Shown here piece by piece: positions 37,146 through 47,736 of a stretch of 64,000 nucleotides of DNA; position 1 is the stretch's first letter; every line of letters begins with the position of its first letter. Location of the stretch: positions 4,107 to 68,106 of the forward strand of contig JAFQEK010000034.1 in assembly GCA_017399025.1 (NCBI GenBank), in the 5' to 3' direction. The DNA is from Clostridia bacterium (lineage in GTDB: Bacteria > Bacillota > Clostridia > Oscillospirales > CAG-272). The notes under the pieces are model-generated. The model saw only the letters and a program-made list of their open reading frames with translations, searched no databases and had not been told where the DNA came from. The translations under genes were made by a program, and so were the position numbers.

Positions 37146-37898
37146 ATGAAATTTACCACAGGTATGACAAGCGTAACATTCCGCGAAAAAAGCATTGAAG
37201 AAATTACAGTTCTTGCAAAACGCGCAAAACTTTCGGAAATTGAATGGGGTGCAGATCGGCATGTATTGCCCTCGGATGCGGAAGCGATCAAAAACGCTCG
37301 CTTTCAAATGTATAAAAATGAGCTTCGTTGCTCTTCTTACGGTTCCTATTACCGCATCGGCGACCGCGATGAAGACTCCTTCCGCGCAATCTGCCGAACG
37401 GCCCAGGCTCTCGGTGCAGGTATGGTACGCGTATGGCTCGGCAAAACTGGAAGCGAAAAAACGACAGACGATCTGCGCACGCAAATGTTAGAAGAAGTGA
37501 AACATCTCGCTTCCGTTGCCGAAAAATACGGACAGATTCTGGCGTTTGAATTTCACGGAAAAACACTCAACGATAACGGAGAATCCTCTGTTTCTTTTCT
37601 TTCCGAATGTAAAAAAGAAAATATCAAAACATATTGGCAGCCACTTTCCTATTCCGATAACGAAAAAAATCTTTCTCTCGTTTTACCCTATCTGAGCGCC
37701 GTTCATGTGTTCACCTGGGATGATGCACATTGCCGCTACCCTCTTGCCGACGGCTCGGATGCATGGAAAAAATATCTTAAAATTCTCAAAGATGCAAATG
37801 TTTCCACAAAACTGATTATGGAATTTGTCAAGGATGATAGCGCTCTGCAATTTCTTTCCGATGCCGCCGTCCTGCATGAATGGATTCAATCTATTTAA
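37146..37898 (+). CDS. Sugar phosphate isomerase/epimerase-like TIM barrel
   Basis: SVTFR, IEWG.D.H, YGSYY, FEFH, YWQP, MEFV. Confidence 0.8.
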   Translation: MKFTTGMTSVTFREKSIEEITVLAKRAKLSEIEWGADRHVLPSDAEAIKNARFQMYKNELRCSSYGSYYRIGDRDEDSFRAICRTAQALGAGMVRVWLGKTGSEKTTDDLRTQMLEEVKHLASVAEKYGQILAFEFHGKTLNDNGESSVSFLSECKKENIKTYWQPLSYSDNEKNLSLVLPYLSAVHVFTWDDAHCRYPLADGSDAWKKYLKILKDANVSTKLIMEFVKDDSALQFLSDAAVLHEWIQSI

Positions 37899-38785
37899 AT
37901 AATCATCGCCATTTCTTCGTAAGGAAAATCCCCGTGTAACGTACGGTTCAGCGCATATCCGATGGCTTTGCCCATATTCCTTGCAATGGCATCAATCTCC
38001 TTCGGTGCGACAAAAAGTCCTGAAAGAGAGTCAATAACGCTTTCATTCGGAGAATGCCCCTCCAACGCATCCCGAAGCAAGGTCGCCGTATCCACTACGG
38101 TCGGCACACCGATGGCAATCACGGGAACGCCAAGCGTTTTAAAATCTAAAGCCGATCCAACATTACCGATCCCCGAGCCCGGAGTGATTCCGGCATCGGA
38201 AATCTGTATGGTACGGGCAAGCCGATCTGCTTCTCTTGCCGCCAATGCGTCGATGACAATCACGGCATCGGGATGTTGGTTTTCCACAACGCTGTGGATA
38301 AGAGCCGCCGTTTCCATCCCTGTTTTTGACATCGTTCCGGGAGAAAATGAAGAAACATCTCCGAAACCGCCGATTCCGATCGGGATTCCGTCCATGTGCT
38401 TCATATGATGCGTTGCCAGAACATGCTCTGCCGCAATCACCCCAAGCGCATCGGAGGAAAGCTCTCGATTTCCAACACCGCACACAAGCGTATAAGAATA
38501 ATCCCAGCAAAACGCCCTCAATTCCACAGCAAGTGCATCGCAGATTTTCAAAAAATCAGAATAACCCAGATGCGCCGCCGTCGGAAAAGAAATCGTTACA
38601 TATTTTCCTTTTGGTTTTCCGAGTGCCCGCTCTCCGCGTTCATCCAAAATTTCAATCGTACTGATTTTGATAAAATCTTCCTGCCGTTCATTATATAAAA
38701 TACCGTCAAGCTCTCCCTTTTCTTCCTTTGCGCGTTTTGACATGGCATATGTGCGCAATTCCTCCGCCAAATCCGTCCGAATCAT
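37895..38785 (-). CDS. gpr: Germination protease GPR
   Basis: RTDLA.E, DALG, IDALAAR, GITPGSGIGN, IGVPTVVD. Confidence 0.93.
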   Translation of the reverse strand: MIRTDLAEELRTYAMSKRAKEEKGELDGILYNERQEDFIKISTIEILDERGERALGKPKGKYVTISFPTAAHLGYSDFLKICDALAVELRAFCWDYSYTLVCGVGNRELSSDALGVIAAEHVLATHHMKHMDGIPIGIGGFGDVSSFSPGTMSKTGMETAALIHSVVENQHPDAVIVIDALAAREADRLARTIQISDAGITPGSGIGNVGSALDFKTLGVPVIAIGVPTVVDTATLLRDALEGHSPNESVIDSLSGLFVAPKEIDAIARNMGKAIGYALNRTLHGDFPYEEMAMII

Positions 38786-38875
38786 AATTACCGCCCTTTA
38801 TTTCCAATCAATTTTAACGGCGGTTCTTCAAAACAAAAACGCCGTTTGCCTTATTTTCGACAAACGGCGTTTACT

Positions 38876-39850
38876 TTATTCGAGTTCAGATTTTTTATAA
38901 TACGGATCAATCATATATTTTTGAATCTTTGGCCACGCTGCATACATTCCCATATATGCGCATCCTGAAAACAGCACCATGAAAATACAGATCACTGCAA
39001 GAGGAACGAACAGCGTACCAACCCAAAGCGTAAACATCATGAGCATGATACAACCGCAGAACAACAGGAAATTACGTCCGAACCCAAGAATTGTGAAAAT
39101 GGCGGCATTTTTGAGAATCTGAAAAAATTTCAGATCAAAGGTAACCATCAATGTATAAACATAGAATCTCATAAAGCTGTACAATACAAATACAAGAATC
39201 ATGGGATAGAACATTGCGTAATAATTCGTATAATTGTAATAATACATATAGAGTGAATATGTGCACATACCGAACATAACAAGATCCAAAACACCCATGG
39301 GCAAAGATTGCTTCCATGAACTCTTAATCGTGGTTTTGAAATCCTCCCACAAGAAAACCGGTTCACCCTTGACAAGATTGCGTACGATGTAGGTACAAGC
39401 AGCATTGACAGGACCGAACGTTACAATCAGCAAGGCGGAAAGTCCGTAGAGAATATAGGTTGCCACCGTATCCGCATAAACGGGCGACATCTGTCCGTGA
39501 ATACCGAGCAAGGGAGCAAAGGAAGGTGCAAACTCTCCCGAAGCGATATGAATACCGTTGATTACAGGAAACACTTCGCTAGAAGGAGTAACACCGACGT
39601 TGCTGAACAGTCCGCTGAGCGCGAGGAGCAAAAAGAAGATCGGGAAATTGCCAACGATATAAAGCGCATTGACCCAGATCAATTTAATAAAACGACGCAT
39701 ATACAGCTTGAAAAAGTTAAGAAAGTCATATTTGGTAATGACGTCTTCCTTTTCGACACCCTTTCCGTCTTTCATGTAACTTGAAAATAAACCTCTTTTT
39801 TTCTTTTTCGGCGCTTCAATCGGTTCGCCGTATTCATTGAATTCTTTCAT
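38876..39850 (-). CDS. YesL/DUF624-like membrane protein
   Basis: TFGP...RNLVKGEPVFLWEDF...KQS pattern, multiple TMs. Confidence 0.75.
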   Translation of the reverse strand: MKEFNEYGEPIEAPKKKKRGLFSSYMKDGKGVEKEDVITKYDFLNFFKLYMRRFIKLIWVNALYIVGNFPIFFLLLALSGLFSNVGVTPSSEVFPVINGIHIASGEFAPSFAPLLGIHGQMSPVYADTVATYILYGLSALLIVTFGPVNAACTYIVRNLVKGEPVFLWEDFKTTIKSSWKQSLPMGVLDLVMFGMCTYSLYMYYYNYTNYYAMFYPMILVFVLYSFMRFYVYTLMVTFDLKFFQILKNAAIFTILGFGRNFLLFCGCIMLMMFTLWVGTLFVPLAVICIFMVLFSGCAYMGMYAAWPKIQKYMIDPYYKKSELE

Positions 39851-39885
39851 AAAATTTTTTCTTCTCCTTTATTCAATCTAACATT

Positions 39886-40461
39886 TTACAGAGTTTCATC
39901 CTCTGCATTGCTGTCATCGGGCAAAAGATAATTCATATCTCCCGACAAAAGACTCATAATACCGCCGTAAATAAATTCTGAACGGTCATCAAAATTCAGC
40001 TTCATCAGCTCTGCCTTATGCTTGTTATCCACCACAACGGATGTTTGCATGTAAACCCCCTCACTGTTTAGACAGGTACAAACAAGACGGTACTTTCCGC
40101 CTTCCAGATCGATGATCTCGCTTTCCGTCTTACATCCGTTTTTCTGAAATTCCAGAAAACGTCTGGCAGAGCGGAGTGCCCGTTCGCGTATGGTACGCAA
40201 AAGATCGCTTTGCAATGCTTCTACCGCGCTTTTTCCGTTTGGTGTCAGCGTATAGTAGTCTTCGCCGTTCCTCTCCGTTTTCCGGATCGCGCCCGTCTCA
40301 CAAAGTTCAAAAAAGCATTCCATAAAATCAAACTGCCCAACAAACTCATCCTGTACGACGATATCGTGCAGCGTAACGAAGTCCAAGGGTGTTTCAATAT
40401 GGCGCAATAAATACAGGACAAAAATTTTGATATCGGTTTTATCTCTCAATAAAAAAGACAC
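39886..40461 (-). CDS. DUF4364-family protein
   Basis: KIFVLYLL wHTH-like N-terminus. GTG 40461 follows GGAGG. Confidence 0.72.
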   Translation of the reverse strand: MSFLLRDKTDIKIFVLYLLRHIETPLDFVTLHDIVVQDEFVGQFDFMECFFELCETGAIRKTERNGEDYYTLTPNGKSAVEALQSDLLRTIRERALRSARRFLEFQKNGCKTESEIIDLEGGKYRLVCTCLNSEGVYMQTSVVVDNKHKAELMKLNFDDRSEFIYGGIMSLLSGDMNYLLPDDSNAEDETL

Positions 40462-40721
40462 ATCTTTCCTCCGTACAAATACGAAAACGCTCATCGTTTT
40501 AAGAAACGTTTCGTTTTTTAATCCGCGTCAATTCAGTTTACGACTTGCCGCTCTTTCATTGTACCATAAAAAAAAGAAAATGTATATAATTTTCAAAAAT
40601 TCGTTGCACTTTTTTTGAAATTCTCAAAAAATCTGCCTTCTGTACACAGAAAAAGAGAGAACTTCACGGTATAACCGTTATTCTCTCTTTCTCATCGGAG
40701 GAGTGTATAAAAATAACAAAA

Positions 40722-42116
40722 TCAACTGTTGGGATTAAATTCCTTAAACGTAATCTGAATATCCACTTTTTCGGCGGTATTGAAATATTCCGTCCAATTT
40801 GCCTGATTCCATTCCATTTTGGGACGGTAAACCGTCAGCGTAACCGTATCACCAATCGAATATTTCGTAAGTTGTTGGGATAAAGTTTCAAAAGAATCAA
40901 TTTTGACCCCATTGCATTGCGAAAGAATGTCGCCGATCTGCAATCCGGAATTTGCGGCACTGCCCGATTGGTTGATCTCGGAAACCTGAATCCAGGAAAG
41001 ATTCCAATAGTATTCGGATGTTACCGAGATACCCAAACGTGCTCTTCCTCTGATATATCCGTATTCTTTCAGATCGTTAATGCTTTTCACAACCGTCTGT
41101 GAAGGGATAGCGTAGCCGACATTATCCACGGTATTTGCAGCAATTTTCGCATTGACAATCCCGATTAGTTTTCCGTTCAAATCGAAAAGTCCGCCTCCGG
41201 AGTTACCGCTGTTGACAGCCGCATCGGTACGCAGAAGCGTCATGGTTGCATTTCCGATCGTAACGGATTCGCTGGGACGGCTGATGACACCCGTCGTTAC
41301 GGAAAGTCCGTATCCCAGAGGATTGCCGATTGCAAGAACCGCATCGCCGTACGTCAATCTGGAAGAATCTCCGAATTCCGCGGCAACACAATCGGATTTA
41401 TCGATTTTAACAACGGCAAGATCTGCAAGCTCATCGCCGTAAATATATTGTCCCTCATAGGAGGAGCCGTCATACAATATAACGGTAATCTTTCGGCAAT
41501 CTTCATTGGCAACATGATAGTTGGTTACAATATAGCCGTTTGCATCGTAAATCACGCCCGAACCTGCGCCGGAACCGCTCGCGGAAGTTACTTGAATAAC
41601 AACAACCGATTGAATACATTTGTTAGCAACTTCTCGGTAAATGGAAATATATTCTCCTGTATCGGGATAAATCACGGATGCACCGGGAGCTGTTTCATGA
41701 GAAGTTGTTGATTGCACATCCGCAGAGTCTGTCGTTGAAGACGGTGAAAATTCGGAAGAAGTGCTGCTTGCGCCCGTGGATTCCGTCGTACCGGTTCCAT
41801 CGGACGAATCCGGAACGTTGCCGACATCCAAAAGCGCGCCAATACTGATCGCAACAAAAATAAACAAAACCAAACAAAAAGCGACTAAAAGCGATGAGGA
41901 AGCACCTTTTTTCGGAGGCTTTCCGCCTGTCTGATTAAAATCTGCATGATTTGTCTGTTCTGGATGCTCATAATTACTTTCGGAAATGTTGGTTGTTCCT
42001 TCGTTTTGAGGTTCGAAAGCTTCTCCTTTAGACTGATCCGTTTGCGAAGGCGTCTCCGGCAGACCATCGTTATGGCTGTCAAAGTTTTCATTCGGATCTT
42101 GTTCAAAATCTCTCAT
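40722..42116 (-). CDS. htrA: HtrA/DegP-like serine protease with PDZ domain
   Basis: TM anchor, TNYHV, DLAVVK, GNSGG, C-terminal PDZ. Confidence 0.93.
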   Translation of the reverse strand: MRDFEQDPNENFDSHNDGLPETPSQTDQSKGEAFEPQNEGTTNISESNYEHPEQTNHADFNQTGGKPPKKGASSSLLVAFCLVLFIFVAISIGALLDVGNVPDSSDGTGTTESTGASSTSSEFSPSSTTDSADVQSTTSHETAPGASVIYPDTGEYISIYREVANKCIQSVVVIQVTSASGSGAGSGVIYDANGYIVTNYHVANEDCRKITVILYDGSSYEGQYIYGDELADLAVVKIDKSDCVAAEFGDSSRLTYGDAVLAIGNPLGYGLSVTTGVISRPSESVTIGNATMTLLRTDAAVNSGNSGGGLFDLNGKLIGIVNAKIAANTVDNVGYAIPSQTVVKSINDLKEYGYIRGRARLGISVTSEYYWNLSWIQVSEINQSGSAANSGLQIGDILSQCNGVKIDSFETLSQQLTKYSIGDTVTLTVYRPKMEWNQANWTEYFNTAEKVDIQITFKEFNPNS

Positions 42117-42351
42117 ACATGAAATTCCTTTCTTTGCATTTCTGTAATGTCTGTTGCTGTCATGTTTTCTTTATTATAAATGAAATTTGTTAAGAAAACA
42201 TGAATTTCTCTTAAATCCTCTGTAAATATCTTATGTTTTGCTTGAAATTTTATCCCGTTTGCGTTAAAATAGAAACAGATATTTCTATCTTTTACAATCA
42301 AATACGATCTTATACCATTATAATATAAAATTCAGAAAGGCGGAAAATGTT

Positions 42352-42933
42352 TTGACTCCAGACATGCTTTCCATTTTTATTAAAATACCCACATTGGAAA
42401 CCAAGCGATTATTTATGCGAAAAATATTGATCCATGACTGTGCGGATATGTATGATTATTCCCGCCGTCCCGAAACCAGTCGTTATTTGCTCTGGTCCGC
42501 GCATGAAAATCTCAAATATACAAAAAAATACATTTCTTATTTACAAAGCGCTTATCGAAATGAAGAATTTTTCGACTTTGGACTTATTGATAAAGAAAGC
42601 GGAAAAATGATTGGCACCTGTGGCTTTACTGATTTTGATATGGACAACAATTCTGCGGAAATCGGTTATGTTTTACATCCCGATTTCTGGGGAAAAGGTC
42701 TTGCAAAAGAAGCCGTCCTTCGCTTGATGGCATTTGGATTTGCCGAGCTTCGTTTGCATCGCATTACTGCAAAAATCATGACAGAAAATACGGCAAGCAA
42801 ACGAGTTGCCGAAAAATGCGGCATGCGCCATGAATCCACACATATCGAAGCAATGTTAATCAAGGGAAATTACGAAACCATTGAAGAATATGCCATTCTT
42901 GCAAAAGAATTTTATGGGAAACGCATTGAATGA
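42352..42933 (+). CDS. RimJ/RimL-type GNAT acetyltransferase
   Basis: LETKRL, EIGY.L.P.FWGKG, N.AS.RV.EK.GM. Confidence 0.9.
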   Translation: MTPDMLSIFIKIPTLETKRLFMRKILIHDCADMYDYSRRPETSRYLLWSAHENLKYTKKYISYLQSAYRNEEFFDFGLIDKESGKMIGTCGFTDFDMDNNSAEIGYVLHPDFWGKGLAKEAVLRLMAFGFAELRLHRITAKIMTENTASKRVAEKCGMRHESTHIEAMLIKGNYETIEEYAILAKEFYGKRIE

Positions 42934-43226
42934 TTCCATATTTTTCAAAAAATAATCTTCTCTACCATTATACTACTGACAATCGAATAAATCAACCTAT
43001 TCTTCATAAATCGGAAAAAACATTGCTTGTTTTTTCCGATTATTTTTGTATTTGCAGAAACAGAGAACATAAAAATCCAATCAAATTTCTGTAATCAAAA
43101 AGTGGGCAACGCCCACTCGATAACGGATTGCTTGCAATCTGTGCGCTCAGCCTATCCAAGTTTCACCTGTATCGAAACAATGCAAACGGCGAGGTCGATT
43201 TTGCGCAATTTCTTAGAAAATTTTGC

Positions 43227-43607
43227 TTACGCCAATGTATACGTGGATATCGCTTTGCAGATGGCTTTCACATCCGTGCTTCCCGTAAATTGGAATTTTA
43301 CTCGTCCTATGCCGGACATATACAATTCCAGTTCACAGTCCAAATCAAAAAAGCCTGCCGTTTCCAAAGAAAACGTACTGATCTTACTGTAAGGAATGGA
43401 TGTGTAATCCTGCTTCTTTCCCGTAAGCCCCTGGACGTTGATGGTTATAATACGTTTGTTGGTAAAAACCACACCGTCACGGACACTTTTGTATGCGCCG
43501 ATGACCGTTTCTCCGTCAATCAGAAAATCATTGATGATTTTTCCGAACGTATTGTTTCCTACTTGTTTCAGTCTTGCAAAAAAGCCGTTGCTGTTGAAAT
43601 CAATCAT
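43227..43607 (-). CDS. Bacterial PH-domain protein
   Basis: RDGVVFTNKRII..NVQGLTGKK, ETAGFFDLD. Confidence 0.85.
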   Translation of the reverse strand: MIDFNSNGFFARLKQVGNNTFGKIINDFLIDGETVIGAYKSVRDGVVFTNKRIITINVQGLTGKKQDYTSIPYSKISTFSLETAGFFDLDCELELYMSGIGRVKFQFTGSTDVKAICKAISTYTLA

Positions 43608-43725
43608 TTCAAATTTCTCCTTTTATCATAAAATAAAAATATGAGTTCCGATCAAAGTGATATAATTTTTGGGGCATATACAGTATATCACAAAAAAAAG
43701 GAGAATGTCAATCATATGATCTAAA

Positions 43726-44619
43726 TTAACTTAATTTCTTAATAACAGCTTTGAATTCCTCGGTATCTCTGATTGCATCAAATTCCGATTTTGTTAACCA
43801 GGAATCACGAAAAATTTCACTCAGCGGACAAGAATCTGCAGTTTCAAAATCGATTTTCTTTAGTGTCTTTTCCCCAAGCAAAAATGATGTCGTTTTTAAT
43901 TTATCAGAACGGTTGTCAAATGCAATCGCCATTTCGGCAGAGATTTTTAACTGCTTTATGGCTTCATCGCAGCGGTTCAATCTCATGAGGTATATTGCAC
44001 GATAGCGAGCCATATTTGAACTGCGCCAAGTGTAATTGGGTATATTACCGTCATATACAAGTCGGTCTAAAGAATCCTTTTTTTCGATTACTTTGAGTGC
44101 ATCTTCAGCAGAAACCAACTTCATCAAGCGGTAAAGCGCACCGTATAAAGCGCCGTACGCTTTATCAATATATTTTCTTGTATGCGGTAGTTTTTCTTCC
44201 TCTGACAATGCCCACCAAATTGCCGTTTCCTTGCAATTCAACATCGAGGGAAGCGTTTCATAAACAGAGCACCCGATAGTTTTTCTTCCCATTTCGCAGT
44301 GATAGAATGCAAGACGCTCGGTTGCTTCAAATTTAATTTGTGTATCGGAGCAGTATTTCATGATGCGTTCACCGAGAACTACGATCTCCGCATCATATTT
44401 CTCCATATTTTCCTTCCAATCCGGGATATTTCCGGTATCGTCACCAGCAACAAAAAGGGCATACATAAGCTTGTTCAAAAGAGCATAATTATTGGGAAAC
44501 TCTGCAACCCCCGCACGTGCGATGCGAATACACTCATCAATATTACCAATACTGATAGCTACTTGGAAAGCAGCGCTTCTTTCTGAATATATTGTATCAT
44601 AGCGCGATAAAAAACTCAA
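43726..44619 (-). pseudogene. C-terminal helical (TPR-like) part of an XRE-type regulator, HTH missing
   Basis: No RBS. The frame starts just past the tRNA terminator. ECIRIARAGVAEFPNNY resembles the post-HTH region of Clostridial XRE-TPR regulators (from recall). Confidence 0.55.
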
Positions 44620-44657
44620 TATCGCGTTCAGGGAGTTTTTTCACTAAAATACTGAAA

Positions 44658-44685
44658 GGCGCACCTGTTGTATTACAGGTGCGCC
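44658..44685 (-). terminator. Hairpin downstream of tRNA-Arg
   Basis: GGCGCACCTG...CAGGTGCGCC. Confidence 0.75.
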
Positions 44686-44702
44686 AAAGCAAATGTTTTT
44701 TC

Positions 44703-44777
44703 TGGCACCCGCAACGGGAATCGAACCCATAACTACCCCTTAGGAGGGGGTTGTTATATCCATTTAACTATGCAGGC
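44703..44777 (-). tRNA. tRNA-Arg (CCT)
   Basis: GCCTGCATAGTTAAATGGATA...CTCCTAA...TTCGATT...GCCA, with A20 and G73 present. Confidence 0.96.
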
Positions 44778-44811
44778 GTATATCTGCCGCCGATCAATCG
44801 GCGGCATTATT

Positions 44812-46209
44812 TTATTTTGAAACAATTTTTTCTGTCGGAGAATCTTCATAAGCAGGCGTTTCTGCTGTATCTTTGTAAGCTCCGGTTTCCATAGTTTCGC
44901 CGTAGGTTTCTATCTCCATTGTATCATCGGGAATTGGTTTTCTGATCACAAAATCTTCGTCGCCTTCGACATCTTCTTTCTTTTTGGCGCGTGCTCTGCG
45001 CATACGCTTGTATTCGCGTTCGCGGTAAAGCTCTTTTCCCGCTTCCGTTTCATAATAATCTGCCTGATCGACAGACAATCCCTTCTTGCCCAAACGTTTA
45101 TCCACTTCGGAGTGGAGAACCGTATAAAGGATGACGAACACGGGAACACCGATCATCAGACCCCAGAAACCGATCAGTCCGGTCATAATAATAATCGCGG
45201 CAAACATGAACATTGTGGATGCATCGACACCGACACGGATCATGTACGGTCGGATCATTCTCGTATTAATCTGGTGCAAAACAACCATAAGCAAAACGAA
45301 CCAGATCACCGCTTGCGGATTGGCAATAAAGATGATCAAAGCACCGACAATAATTCCCAACAGAAAACCGACAACGGGAATTAAATTGGCGATACCGACA
45401 ATAGTACTGATCAAAGGGAAATACGGAACACCGATCACCATCAGGCAAATATAGGAAATACTGCCGATGATCAAAGAATCCGCGATCTGACCTTTAATAT
45501 AACCGCCGAAATTCTTATCGGCAAGATGTGCGCTTCTGGAAACAAAACGGTATTTTTCCGTATTCAAAAAAGCGCGGAGAATCTTTTTGATCTGCGCATG
45601 AAGCTTTTCTTTTGCCAAAATGAAATAAATGGAAAGAATGATTCCCAGGAAGAAATCCTTTATCACACCGATCAATGTGGGAGCCATTGTCATGATATCG
45701 GGAAACAATCCGACGATATAAGCATAGAAATTTTCCATCAGACCGATAAAATATTCTGTCAGTTTGGAAATATAGCCGGAAAGATCACCTGCTCCGTCCG
45801 AAAGACTGAACAGCCATGCTTTCATTCCCTCTATATACATCGTTGATTTGTCCTGCAAATCAACATATCCTTCAATGATATGAGGCAAGATCAGCCAACA
45901 AAACAAAATGATTGCCGTGATTGCAATGAAGAAAACGGACACAATGGACAAAGCGCGTGCAAGACCATACCGCTTTTTACGGTTCAAGCCACGAAAAACG
46001 CGCCGTTCAAAAAATTTTACAAGCGGATAAATCAGATAAGCAATGAACATTCCGTAAAAAATCGGCATAAAAATCCTCAGAAAATCCACCACATATGTCC
46101 AAACCGCTCCAAAATTTGCAAATGCGAAAATAAAAAGAATTCCGCATAAAACAACAACCAAAGCATATAACGCGATTGTTGTATAATTCCGGTTAAAATC
46201 AATTTTCAT
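44812..46209 (-). CDS. AI-2E family transporter
   Basis: AYLIYPLV, GQIADSLI, NLIPVVG, GLMIGVP. Confidence 0.9.
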   Translation of the reverse strand: MKIDFNRNYTTIALYALVVVLCGILFIFAFANFGAVWTYVVDFLRIFMPIFYGMFIAYLIYPLVKFFERRVFRGLNRKKRYGLARALSIVSVFFIAITAIILFCWLILPHIIEGYVDLQDKSTMYIEGMKAWLFSLSDGAGDLSGYISKLTEYFIGLMENFYAYIVGLFPDIMTMAPTLIGVIKDFFLGIILSIYFILAKEKLHAQIKKILRAFLNTEKYRFVSRSAHLADKNFGGYIKGQIADSLIIGSISYICLMVIGVPYFPLISTIVGIANLIPVVGFLLGIIVGALIIFIANPQAVIWFVLLMVVLHQINTRMIRPYMIRVGVDASTMFMFAAIIIMTGLIGFWGLMIGVPVFVILYTVLHSEVDKRLGKKGLSVDQADYYETEAGKELYREREYKRMRRARAKKKEDVEGDEDFVIRKPIPDDTMEIETYGETMETGAYKDTAETPAYEDSPTEKIVSK

Positions 46210-46488
46210 ATTTGCACGCCCCCTTTCCCGTATGCACTATAATATTATGATACACATTTTTTTCGATTTCGTCAAGCGAAATTTTGCAATTCCTTTATTT
46301 TTTCCATAATTTTTTATAAAATCGCATCAAAGGTATATTATCACCGTTTTTTCAAATAAAAAACACTTTTTCAAATAAAATGAAAAAGGCTTGTCTGCCG
46401 TATCTTGTTGCAAACAAACGCAGTAACATCCGAAAATTCCCCTACTTGAAATAATCGGACGGCATGACAAGCAAGCCGCCCGAACATT

Positions 46489-47718
46489 TTATTTTACCGC
46501 ATTGCGCGCAACCAATCGTTTTCTCTTTCTGTATATCTGCAAAGCACAAAGCGCGATAATTCCTGCCGCAAGAAAACCGACCGCTATCCAGAATCCAAGC
46601 GTTATGGTTCCGATGCGTACTTCAATCCAAAGATCATCCATCAGTTTATTTGTTTCATCGGAAAGATTACGGTAAGTTTCACTGTTTTCCAGAACTTCAT
46701 CACTCGGATAAGCAACGGGATTGGTTATCAATTCTTCATCCATCAATTCCTTTGCGGCAGAAATCGGTGTAGAATAACCGATATAACCCAGATTCTCCGC
46801 GGAAACTTGCGGTTCACACATAAAGTTGATGAACATTTCAGCAGCTTCCTGATTGACACAACCCTTGGGAATGCACATGGCATCCACAAACTGATTAAAG
46901 CCCTCCTTGGGAAAAACAAACGCAAGATCTTCGTTAGATTCGCTCATGGTAAGATAGTCCCCCGCATAGTAAGGAGCGATCCAAGCGTTTTCTTCCACCA
47001 TCTTATCGAAGATCTGATCCATGACATACGCCTGAACCACATCCTTTTGCTCTTTCAGGCTGTCTGCCGCTTGACGGATTTCATCGGGATTTTCCGTATT
47101 CATGGAATAACCGAGTCTTTTCAGCGCAATACCGAAAGCATCTCTGGAATTGGAAACCATCAGGATTTTTCCGCTGTATTTTTCATCCCAGAGCAGATCC
47201 CAACTGTCCACAGGCTCCTGCACGTATTTTGTATTATAGATCAATCCGACCGTTCCCCATGTATACGGAACACTGTATTCCTGCGCCGCATCGTAATCGG
47301 GATTCCAAAATACTTCATCCACGTATTTTTTGAAATTCGGAATATTATCGTAATTGAGTTTTTCCAGCATACCGTTCTGTGCCATACGGGAAATCATATA
47401 GTCAGAAGGGATGATGATGTCGTAATATGCACTGCCGCTTTGTAATTTGGAATAGAGCCCCTCGTTGGTATCAAATGTCGTATACTCCACCTGAATTCCC
47501 GTCAAGGCTTCAAATTCCTCAATGACATCCATAGTTTCATCTGAGCCGTCGGCAATATATTCCCCCCAGTTATATACATAAAGCGTAATGTTCTGTCCTT
47601 TGAATTTGGAATAATATTCTGCATCGTATTCATAATCCTCACCGTCAGCGGAAACGCAGAATACCAAGGAAGACAGCATCAAAAGCATACAAAGAAAAAC
47701 GGAAACTATTTTTTTCAT
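46489..47718 (-). CDS. potD: Spermidine/putrescine-binding protein
   Basis: YNWGEYI, PSDYM, SVPYTWG, operon context. Confidence 0.93.
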   Translation of the reverse strand: MKKIVSVFLCMLLMLSSLVFCVSADGEDYEYDAEYYSKFKGQNITLYVYNWGEYIADGSDETMDVIEEFEALTGIQVEYTTFDTNEGLYSKLQSGSAYYDIIIPSDYMISRMAQNGMLEKLNYDNIPNFKKYVDEVFWNPDYDAAQEYSVPYTWGTVGLIYNTKYVQEPVDSWDLLWDEKYSGKILMVSNSRDAFGIALKRLGYSMNTENPDEIRQAADSLKEQKDVVQAYVMDQIFDKMVEENAWIAPYYAGDYLTMSESNEDLAFVFPKEGFNQFVDAMCIPKGCVNQEAAEMFINFMCEPQVSAENLGYIGYSTPISAAKELMDEELITNPVAYPSDEVLENSETYRNLSDETNKLMDDLWIEVRIGTITLGFWIAVGFLAAGIIALCALQIYRKRKRLVARNAVK

Positions 47719-47736
47719 CTGTAACTGCCCCTTATC

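Noticed and set aside
38855-38863. Perfect Spo0A box (TTCGACA) upstream of gpr
   Set aside because: It lies within the terminator hairpin of the upstream gene, and a single 7-mer is expected by chance.
44703-44777. Possible AGG codon reassignment via tRNA(CCT)
   Set aside because: Arg identity elements A20 and G73 are intact, and conserved proteins translate normally.
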